This document shows positions 52,116 to 61,539 of a DNA stretch of 64,000 nucleotides, piece by piece. The stretch is from Podarcis melisellensis (taxonomy: Eukaryota): assembly GCA_964234715.1 (NCBI GenBank), contig OZ174276.1, one strand, 5' to 3'. Under the pieces are notes generated by a model. The model saw nothing but the letters and a program-made list of their open reading frames with translations. It had not been told where the DNA came from and did not search any database. Both the position numbers and the translations under genes were made by a program. Position 1 is the stretch's first letter. The number at the start of each line of letters is the position of its first letter.

Positions 52116-53323
52116 GATCCCTGTATGAGTCCACATTGTATTATCCTGTATGCACTGGTCACTCAATGACATTGCTTTGCATTGAAAGGGTAGGAATGGG
52201 GATCGTTAAATCTCGGCTATAGAACTTCTTTGGTGTCCTTAAGACAATATACAGTCACTTATAATCTCACCTGTGAAATGGGAGCAACAATGCTAACTTA
52301 CCTTATGAACATTCCACATGGAGAAGGGAGATTTTGCAGAGGAAAGAACAGACCAGATAGACCAGGTACTGGGAACTTCTGGTTCTCCAAGTGTTGTTGA
52401 ACTGACCATGTGTGCTGGGGCTGATGGGAGTTGTAGTTCCACAACATCTGGAGGGCCAAAGGTTCCCTACACCTGAGACTATGCCTTCCACTCATGCCCC
52501 TATTGCTCCTTCCCCACACATTCCTCCCTGCCCCACCATGTAAGCAGACTCTACACTCCTGGAAGAGAGGCAAGATGCTAATGGTATTGCTAAGAGCACT
52601 GTTAACTGCAACTGTTTGCAGTTAACAGTGCCCTTAGGGGCAAGTATCTGTGGGGATGGCAATTTAAATAGGGTATCAGCATAAATCCCTGATCCTGGCC
52701 AAATAAAAGTAAGCATTTTTTATTTTATTTTTAAAAGTATGTTTAATTAGGAGTAGTTTGGCCCATGTTTCCATGGCCCAGCATGCATGATGGCTTCCCC
52801 TTCTCTTTCCTCTTTCCTTAGAACTAGTTTGAGAGAAAATGAAGCTCAATGCAGCTCTAACACAGCCTTAGGCAATGCAACCCAACCTTAAGCATCACTC
52901 ACAATGGAAACTGCATAGATATTTGGGACTTACTGCTTAAATTTGATCACTGGCAAGTTTAGTCACCCTTAATGACCAAGAAAGTAGCTAATGACAACCT
53001 ATCCTAACACACTCAAGATAAAGCCAGGGGAAGCGGAATGGGACGGGATGGGACAAAATAGCTTTGGACCCTTCCCCCTATACACGGCATTGCTATTTGC
53101 TCAGAGTTCACTAACATTTATGATGCACTCATAGATGTGCCTGGATGCTTTATTACTGTGTTGTAGGCTTGAACCCAAAGTTGTCCTGAGGCAGCAGCAA
53201 CACCCAAGGCTACCCACTCTCTGCCCCCTTCCCAACTTTCATCATTTTTAGAATAGTTAGTAACATAGATCATGTCTAATGCTGGTGGGGTTTTTGTTTT
53301 TGATACTGGGTACCATCAATATT

Positions 53324-53397
53324 GGGACCCAGGTGGTGCTGTGGGTTAAACCACAGAGCCTAGGGCTTGCCGATCAGGCCAGCGGTTTGAATCCCCT
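53324..53397 (+). mobile_element. Sauria SINE 5' fragment
   Basis: gggacccaggtggtgctgtgggttaaaccacagagcctagggcttgccgatcag matches the head of the 48585 copy. Confidence 0.85.
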
Positions 53398-53729
53398 CAA
53401 TGCTAATAATCTGTTTAGGGGTTCACATTCCCCCCCCCCCCGCCCTAATAGCTTGGGTGTGTATGTTTCTTTCGACTGCAATAGCCATTTGTACAGCACA
53501 AGAGGGTAGATCCTACATGTGGTGCTTCCTGGATTTTGGCAAATGACTTTGTATTGGGGCTTGGATTCTTCTATGGCACCATTAGGGACCCTGCAATAAG
53601 TCCTATGGAGCACAGGGCTAGTACAAAGGAGGAGATGTCTGCTTTCTGGACTTCACATACTTACCGTTGCAATTTTTCAGCATATTATGAAAAGGGAGTG
53701 GGGGAAGGATCTATAAAAGAATTAATATT

Positions 53730-54465
53730 TTCTTCAATAGAAATGTCATAATTTATTTGGTTTGTATAAAAAGGCACAATCATAACAAAACCCATGTTCT
53801 TCTTTTGATAAGAAGAAATATATTATTTCACATCATAAATAAATCAGCAAAACATGTAACTGTTGGCAACCCAAAAACACAAACACTCCTTTGTGCTTTC
53901 AATGTCAGTGCTTCGGAATACAGTTCTTAAGATCTATTTACAGGATTACAGTACCCAAAAAATACTGAGGTATTTTGTTTGTTTCTTTCAAAAAGAAAAT
54001 GAAACTTCAGACTTGAAAGGCAGAACACACACAAAGCAATTACACTGTAAAAAATAAATAAATATCTGGACATCCTTGTACAAGGGGACAGTTCGACTGC
54101 AGCCTAGCACACCCAGGAATGAGAACACTTTCAGATTTGCTACTGAAACAGACTGACAAACAGAAAAACTGTAAAAGAGGAATTATTTCAGGAGTAGAAA
54201 GCAAATGTCCTGCATGCTTTTTCTCCTTTGTAGGCAGCATCCAAACATTGGTCAAAAATGCATCTCAGCAAGATCTAGCAGAAAGAACCTGGCTTTCTGG
54301 AGTCAAGAGATGCTGCTCTGAGCTGGTGGATCTTGTATTGCTCTGTAACTGCAATGAGAGGAGTCCGGTGCAAGCTAACAGACCTGCCCTCAAAGTTATT
54401 GCACTTTTCAGGTAACAGCAAAGGGCATCAAGTCTTTGTGTACAGGGCCCACCTGCACCTGCTTT
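53730..54465 (-). other. DUSP1: DUSP1 3'UTR with AU-rich elements and polyadenylation signal
   Basis: Minus-strand AATAAA at 53752-53757; overlapping ATTTA pentamers at ~53836-53844 and ~54053-54063; TTTTTAT at 53766-53772. The 3' end is approximate. Confidence 0.8.
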
Positions 54466-54836
54466 TCAGCAGCTCGGAGAGGTGGTGATAGGGCTCTGAA
54501 GGTAGCTTAGTGCGCTGGAAGCAGAGTGGACAGGGATGGAGACGGGGAAGTTAAAGACCGTTGTAGTGGATGTTCCTCTGTCCAATGCAGACATTGCCGG
54601 GCTCCCAGCCTCTGCCGAGCAATTTGGAGCAAGGACCTGGGACTCAAATTGCAGCAGTTGGCCCATGAAGCTGAAGTTGGGGGAGATGATGCTTCTCCTC
54701 TGCTTCACAAACTCAAAAGCTTCATCCAGTTTGACTCGGTTGGTCCTCATAAGGTAAGCAAGGCAGATGGTTGCTGAGCGGGAGATGCCAGCCTGACAGT
54801 GAACAAATACTCGCCCACCATCGTTTTTAACAGAGT
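54466..54836 (-). CDS. DUSP1: DUSP1 coding exon 4 (catalytic HCQAGISR motif, C-terminal SPITTSPSC)
   Basis: ttcag acceptor; (D)SVKNDGGRVFVHCQAGISRSATICLAYLM...QSPITTSPSC*; 371 nt. The four exons total 1110 nt = 369 aa + stop. Confidence 0.97.
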
Positions 54837-55373
54837 CTGAAGGAGCAAGCAAAACATCAACATTAGCAAGAGTTTTCCTGCAAAGTTTCAAAGCTGCTTT
54901 TCACTCTCTGTGCTTGAGGGGCCATCTTGCCTAACCAGCTATAGCAATACGTCACACAGCTGGGAATGGAGCTGGATGCACAAAGGAAGGTGTGCAAATA
55001 AACCAATATTTATGTTCTGTTTCAACTTGATTATAATCACCTATTCCAATTGTGGCCACTAAAGCTTGCTAGAAAATTCTGTCAGCATGAGACTGGTTCA
55101 GATTACCAGCTGATTCTTCCAACACCCATGCTAGTGGATCCAATGACTAGTCTAGTATGCTTTTTGGGATTTCACAATGCTATCTTCTAAAAGAAGCCCA
55201 AGCACCATCATAGCTACAGATTTATTTCAGCTGGTGCTATTTTGATCCCCAAGGAAATACCCTGCATCTCAAATTTAAAGGATGCTGGAAGTGTCTGCTA
55301 AGGTGCTGGCACCCAAGGGATACTATAAACTCAATATGTAGGGGTGGGGGAGAGAGAGAGAGGACTCATTTAC

Positions 55374-55593
55374 CTATGAAGTCAATTGCTTCGTTAAACC
55401 AGCAGCTGATGTCAGCTTTGTGGTTGTCCTCCACAGGGATGCTTTTGTACTGATAGTGTCCCTCAAAATGGTTTGGGCAATTGGCAGAAACGTTGATCAA
55501 GGCTGTGATCCCCAAAGCATCCAACATATCTTTCCTGGAAGCATGATAGGCGCTGCCTAGATACAGGAAAGGTAGGATCTCCACTGGACCACC
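55374..55593 (-). CDS. DUSP1: DUSP1 coding exon 3 (start of phosphatase domain)
   Basis: tttag acceptor; GGPVEILPFLYLGSAYHASRKDMLDALGITALINVSANCPNHFEGHYQYKSIPVEDNHKADISCWFNEAIDFI; G|GTAAAT donor; 220 nt. Confidence 0.97.
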
Positions 55594-55877
55594 CTAAAAT
55601 AAAGGAGACAAAGAAACACAGTCTGTTAATCCCACTGCAAAAATAGGCTCCCTCTGCACTTTGATACAGTTGTTGTGTTATAATGAAACATTTGTTTTGC
55701 CTCGAATGCCTTGTATTTCCAAATGGAATATTTTTATACACACATTTGTGTCTTTCCATTCCAGGCATTTTTTTAAAAAGTCCAACTGGTAATTAAAATA
55801 AAATAATTTAAAAAGCAAGTGTAATTTTTTTTAAAAAAGCAAGCGTAATTTTGATTCATGAATGCTCCCCAACTGAC

Positions 55878-56026
55878 CTGATCATAGAGAGGAGTCCCAC
55901 AGGAGCTGCAGTTTGAATCGGCGCTGCCAGGCACATTGTTTGCGCTGAGCGGCAGAGTCAGGCCCTTGGGAGCAGATGGTTTGGTGCACAACTCAGGGCA
56001 GGCAGACGAGAAGGCATCGTATCCTC
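55878..56026 (-). CDS. DUSP1: DUSP1 coding exon 2
   Basis: ttctag acceptor; (G)GYDAFSSACPELCTKPSAPKGLTLPLSANNVPGSADSNCSSCGTPLYDQ; CAG|GTCAGT donor; 149 nt, phases compatible. Confidence 0.96.
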
Positions 56027-56342
56027 CTAGAAGAAAATAAAGAAGAAAAGAGGTTAATATTGTCCGAGGAACAAACTCTAAGCAGCTGGGGGTGGGGTAG
56101 GAAGGGGAGGTAAAACTCCATTGACAGTCCAGTGGCCCCTCTGTTAAAACAATGCAACTGCCCTAGGCTATTTGTCAATATCCGTTATTATTACTACGTA
56201 TTGCTCTTAATTCCGTTTACCCGGTGGGCCTTTGGTTTACGGACTTTTGAAGCCCAGGGGAGGTGGATTGGCAGGGTAGAGGGCGCCTTGGGGAAGGCGA
56301 CCTCCCTCTCTCTCTGTGTGTGTGTGCAGCCTTTTAACTCAC

Positions 56343-56712
56343 CCCTGAGGAAGCAGACGCGGGTGTCCCGGGCTTCCCGGCAGAGGGTGTTGAGGGCCAG
56401 CAGGAGGGTGCTGTCCCTCTTGGGCGCCTCCAGGTCGGCGCTGCGCTCGTCGAGGAGCACGACGGCGTGGTAGAGCCCCTTCTGGAGCCGGGCGCGCGCC
56501 TCCTCGTTGGGCAGGATGTGCTCCAGGCCCATGGCCCCCTTGGCTCTCCGCCGGACGATGGTGCTCAGGCGGACGTTGCAGGAGCCGCCGATGTGCGAGG
56601 AGTTGAAGGAGAAGAAGGAGCGGCAGTCCAGCACCAGGCACTGCACGCAGCGGTCCTGGAGGAGCTCGCGGAGCGTCTCGCAGTCCAGGGCGCACACTTG
56701 CATGTTGACCAT
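56343..56712 (-). CDS. DUSP1: DUSP1/MKP-1 coding exon 1 (rhodanese/CH2 domain with kinase-interaction motif)
   Basis: Translates MVNMQVCALDCETLRELLQDRCVQCLVLDCRSFFSFNSSHIGGSCNVRLSTIVRRRAKGAMGLEHILPN...VCFLR-G. 370 nt, ending in a phase-1 GTGAG donor. KIM IVRRRAKG present. Confidence 0.97.
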
Positions 56713-57044
56713 CGCTCGGGGCAGGGCAGGCAGCGCGGTGGGCGAAAGGGCGCTGGGCAGCCGCTTTTGTCTCCGTTCCCCGGGCGCCTCTTTGTTTAGT
56801 CCCGCCGAGCTCGTCTCGAACCGAGGCGGCGCTTTTTGCCAAACAAAAGCTGCCTCTCTTGTTCCTTGTTCGCGGGGGTCCGTAACTCCCACCCCGGTTC
56901 CAAAAAGTAAAAACGCTTGGATCGTTGAACGTGGAGATGGCAAAGACGACAGAGCCGCTAGCTTGGGCTTTGCTCTTTCTCTTGTGTTGGCAGCCTCCGT
57001 TGCGGGGAGCTGCTGCTCGTTGCTTGTCTGTTGCAGTTTCCTTG

Positions 57045-57430
57045 CTGGACGAGCGACGCAGCCTCGCCTTATATAGCGCCAGCCGCGGTTTGCTGCTTCG
57101 GCTTTTTTTGTGAATGGGCCCCGGTCACATGACCCGCGGTGCCTGGGAAGACGTCACTTCGGCGGGGAGCCAGACAGACACTCCCATCCCGCGAGCGCTC
57201 GCGTCATCGAGCAGCCCGAACGGCAAAGTCACTTTGAATGTCCGCATGCCCAGAGCCCTCCCCGCTCCTGCAGGAAGCCGACTGATGCAACGCCGCGCGC
57301 GCTGCTGCCTCGCTCCTCCCGGGCTTCGGCCAGCCGGAGCCTGGCCTTCACAGCAGCGGTGAGGAAAGGGCACACGATGTGCTGGAAGAAAAGGAAACGG
57401 CTTACAAACCCAGAAGCGCGCTCAGGACAC
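57045..57430 (-). promoter_or_regulatory. DUSP1 proximal promoter within a CpG island (island spans ~56340-57430)
   Basis: TATATAA at 57069-57075 (minus), implying a TSS near 57045; E-box GGTCACATGACC 57123-57134; CRE-like TGACGTCT 57149-57156; half-CRE TGACG 57202-57206. Consistent with the CRE/E-box architecture known for mammalian MKP-1 promoters. Confidence 0.85.
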
Positions 57431-60349
57431 ATTCCAGATTCATTCATATTCTTTGCTGCTATCTAGACTTGGAATATGGGGAAAGTGTGGGGTGTCGATA
57501 GACCTCTCTGGGCCCCGCCATTGCCCTCTGCTGGCAGGAATTAAATCTCTCTTAGTTGCCAGAGAGGGCATAGCCGCTAGCAGAGCTTCTCTGTTATGGC
57601 CAGAGGAGGTTCCCCCAGACGAGCAATCGCCCTCGTTTGAGCGGAGGTTATACGACGCCACCGTCAAGTCTTTGCTGTTTTCTTGCCGTTTAAAACTGGC
57701 TTCGTGGTGCCATTTAGATATAACAGTGACCTTGCGTGAGCAGCACGCATCCATCCTACAATAAACATCCCTCTGGAACAATAAAAAAAGCAGCACAAGC
57801 TTTGGGTTTGTTAGAGAGCTATTTAGCTAGTGCTCTTTACGGCAATGTACCTGTATTTGTGTGGTGGGTTATAAAGGTGCACCCTTGTTGGGCACAGGAT
57901 GAGAGTCAAACAAAAGTGTGGCAGTCTGGCAGTGTCCTTCATGAGGGAAAGGGAAGACTGCAAGCTTGGTGTTTGATCTATTATGGAAAAGGACAGGAGA
58001 CTGCATTCTCTGATTATGAAAGATCTGATGCAGACATGTCAACGTTTTACCTACATCAACGCAATCAAGCACTTCCATTAGGTACCATGAGCATTTCACC
58101 CCTTTTAAATCAACTGCAAGGATGCATATTTTAAAATCACATTTAGCTGAGTTTGGTCTAGCAGTTGCTTTGGGGAGGGTGTTTCTGTCTGTGAAGCAAA
58201 ACAGCACAGATGGCTAAGTGACACCATTTGGAATGCTTATGTTTTGAAGACAACATAAACACTATTTTGCTTGGTGCTTGAGCTGATAAAAGGATTGTTT
58301 TCTGTTTCAACAGGGCTGACCCATCTTTGGGAGAACACAAACATATGTATTACATAATGTGTACAGTACACGTAACAAGTAATTTAGTGCTTTTGAAAAA
58401 TGCCAAAGGGAGCAATCTGGAAAAAGGAAGTGCAGGATCACGCCCAGCATCCCAATCTGCATATCTGGGAGTTGAGGAGTTCATTCATTACACCCTTCTG
58501 GGGTTTATTCTTAACAACTTCGATAGATAGAGTATGAAGCCAAAACAATGCTTCTCAAAGTCACTGTCTAATTTTGTGATTGTTCTCAGGGGTTCCGATC
58601 CAGAGCAAGCCATGCTGATGAGCTATTGCAATATATGGGTCAAGTCAATTGTGACTAACTGGTGACCCATGAATTTAAATGAAACCTAGGCCTAACTAAC
58701 TATGCAATCCTATATATGTCTAGTCAAAAGTCAGTTCCATTGAGTTCAATGAGGCTTACTCCCAGGCACAGGATTGCAGTCTAAATTTGTCTGGAATGGG
58801 GACACAATGTTTCCTTGGTTCTTCCTTATGGAGTCACACCCCTTCTAAAAAGGCTGCACACTTATAACAAGATTGCTTATATAATACAGTAGAAATCTTG
58901 ATGAAAGCTCTGCATTTTTTAAAGCACTATGTAACATGTTGGATATGAACACTGAAACAAAGCGCTGAAATATAGTTAGACTAGAATAGCTGTGCTCCTA
59001 TTCCCAATTCTACTATTGCGTGCACACAACAAACAAACAAACACATGCACACAGTCCTTCAGCAACCACTGAGTTATGCTGCCTACTGGCTAGTTACCAT
59101 GCTCTTTATCAGGCTTATTCTGCAAGCTATTGGCCTTAACAAATTTCAGGCAAAATATCTATATAAAAATTTCCAGCACACAAATGACAATGAAGTTAAA
59201 AATGTATTAATCCAGTCCAATAAAACCCCAAATTGAAGAGATATGTTATTTCCTTTTTGGGAGTTGTCTATACTATATGCCCCAAACCTTTCTATTTCTT
59301 TTGCTCCAAGATTCCCTGCATTACGGCACAGCGTGCAGCTTTATAAATCACCAAAAGATGAAAATCTAATAGAAAACAGATGGTTTCTTATAACATAACA
59401 GGATATTAATCTAGACAAAATGTGTCCCCTCACCCATGAAAAAGTGGAGAAAACATGAACTCCAAGCAAGATGGATAGGTCACTTCTTAAACAAATTAGG
59501 ATGAAAGTTCAATAAGCAGGTCACCTAGAAGCACCTTCAGTTCAATGAGCTCTAGAGTTTGATCCTACCCATGTTTACTCGGAAGTATACTCTGCTGTGT
59601 TCAGTGGGGCTTACTTCCTTAGGAGGATTACAACCATTTCATCCATACCCAATGTAATAATTTAGGAGAATTCTTGGATTGCCCCAATGTACCACTCTCT
59701 GTGTGGACCTGAATATTTTCAAAAGCGCTCTAATGAGAAGGAGCTTCATGTATCTGTGTGTTTTTTTAATGGCCAATTGCGTCAAAACCAGTGTAAAAAT
59801 GACACAAAAGCTTTTTGGTGGCTTTTGGCAAGAACAGATTTTTGATATTTTACAGAAGAACAATTATAATTTTGAGCTATATCTGCACCAACACTGTCTT
59901 AATAATACTGTGGTTAACAGTTTACCTTATATGTATATACCCACCAGATTATTCATACAATTTAGACTCAGTTCAGGGCTTTCAAATGAGGAACCATATC
60001 TAGTGAGGAATGCTTATTCACTAATTACTGTTTCCCAGAATGTAATGGGAAGTAACAATAGCCCTGCTTTTTTCACAAACCCACAAGCCTTGAATGCTAA
60101 GTAACTGGCAATGGAGTGGTTCAAATCCCCCTTTGTGCCCTTTCAACAGAGCACCTTGTCCTAACCAATTGGACTATGTCTTCACTCAAGAATTTCTGAA
60201 GATTCTGTTTATATTGCGTCACAAGCAAATTTCAATAAAAGGAATTCTCACGGCTCTCTCAGTCTTGCTCTCTTTTTGCATTTCCTCTGCTTCCTCACTT
60301 TTTGTTTTCTTTCGCAATATAATTATCACCTTTTACAACTTTTAGTTTC

Positions 60350-60390
<41 letters not shown>
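60350..60390. repeat. (TTTC)n microsatellite
   Basis: About 10 perfect units. Confidence 0.95.
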
Positions 60391-60391
<1 letters not shown>

Positions 60392-60487
60392 ATCTCTAGA
60401 GGTATTGCTTTCTGTTCCAATGTCTTTCCCCCAAATTTGTGAGAATGCTCAAAAAATTGCTTTGGATTCTTGTGTCATTGCGACACT

Positions 60488-60684
60488 TTTCTAGAATGTT
60501 CCAGAACTTTTATCAACTTCTGAATGCTCCTTCAGACAGAGGAATCTTCCCCCATGCACCCATGCTGACCACAAAAAAATAGACTGCTCTCTCTTGACTG
60601 AAAACATTTTCATCACACCATTACTGATATAAGCAGGCAGCAATATGTCTGCTTTCCAATCTCTATACACTTCCAGAATCTTCT
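60488..60684. promoter_or_regulatory. Pair of heat-shock elements upstream of DUSP1
   Basis: TTC-ta-GAA-tg-TTC-ca-GAA (60489-60506, 4 units) and TTC-ca-GAA-tc-TTC (60671-60683, 3 units). Confidence 0.6.
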
Positions 60685-61172
60685 ATGCAGTTGATAATTT
60701 TCCGTTTTAGTTTTCCTTTTGACTTTTGGGCTTTTAGCCACACTTTGGTCACAAATATGTGTGTTGAGAATGTGAGGACTAAAAATACACTTTCTGATTT
60801 CAACAGTGCTCATAGTTTTATGAATTTATTTGTAAAACTTCAGATGGTTTGGAATAGATCAAGCAAACTTACTCCTCTGGTAAGCATGCAAATTGGCAGG
60901 CTGCTAGAACTGATTGTGTAATTGTCTTCATTCAGCAGTTTCAGTGCCAAAACTCTAGACTCAATGCCAATCCAGATTTTGTTTTCTCAAAAATAAACAT
61001 GGGCAGGCTAACACTTTTTCATTTCTATTTATATATTAATTATTGTTGTTCTTATAACAACACCAGGAATCATGGGATTCAGAACAAAGACTGAAAACAT
61101 ACCGGTAGGATTATCCTAACTGATCAGTAACCCTGTCACTTTCACTTGCATAGATATTTTGTGTGTTTAAAT

Positions 61173-61539
61173 TTGGTGTTAGGAACCTTTTTCCAGTCTG
61201 AGGGCGACATTGCCTTCTGGACAATCTTCCAGAGGCCGCATGGTAGCGGTAGGTGGGGCTAGAGACAAACACAGGTGGAAAGATGAATTTAAATTTTACT
61301 TTTGCACAGTAGGCTAGTTTCAACACACACACACACATTATGTCTTCCATCTAGACAAGTGAGAGGCATTACCAAAGTTTAAGGACATATTCTAGCCATG
61401 CAAAAATACTCAAGAAATATGTGAAGCCAGACCAGTGAGGGGTGTGGTTTGGAGAGAAGAGGTGTGGCCTATGAAGAGTCCCGGTGCCAGATAGAAAAGT
61501 TTGGAGGGCTGCATTTGGACCTAAGGTTCCCCACCCCTG
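61173..61539 (+). mobile_element. Decayed hAT-like MITE
   Basis: Ends ggttccccacccctg; imperfect 8-bp TSD GTTTAAAT / ATTTAAAC. Confidence 0.65.

Noticed and set aside
54526-57796. Antisense and alternative-frame ORFs over DUSP1 and its promoter
   Set aside because: Shadows of GC-rich coding and CpG-island sequence.
58798-58813. Glucocorticoid response element GGGACAcaaTGTTTC upstream of DUSP1
   Set aside because: Mismatch at a core position of GnACAnnnTGTnC; too weak to call.
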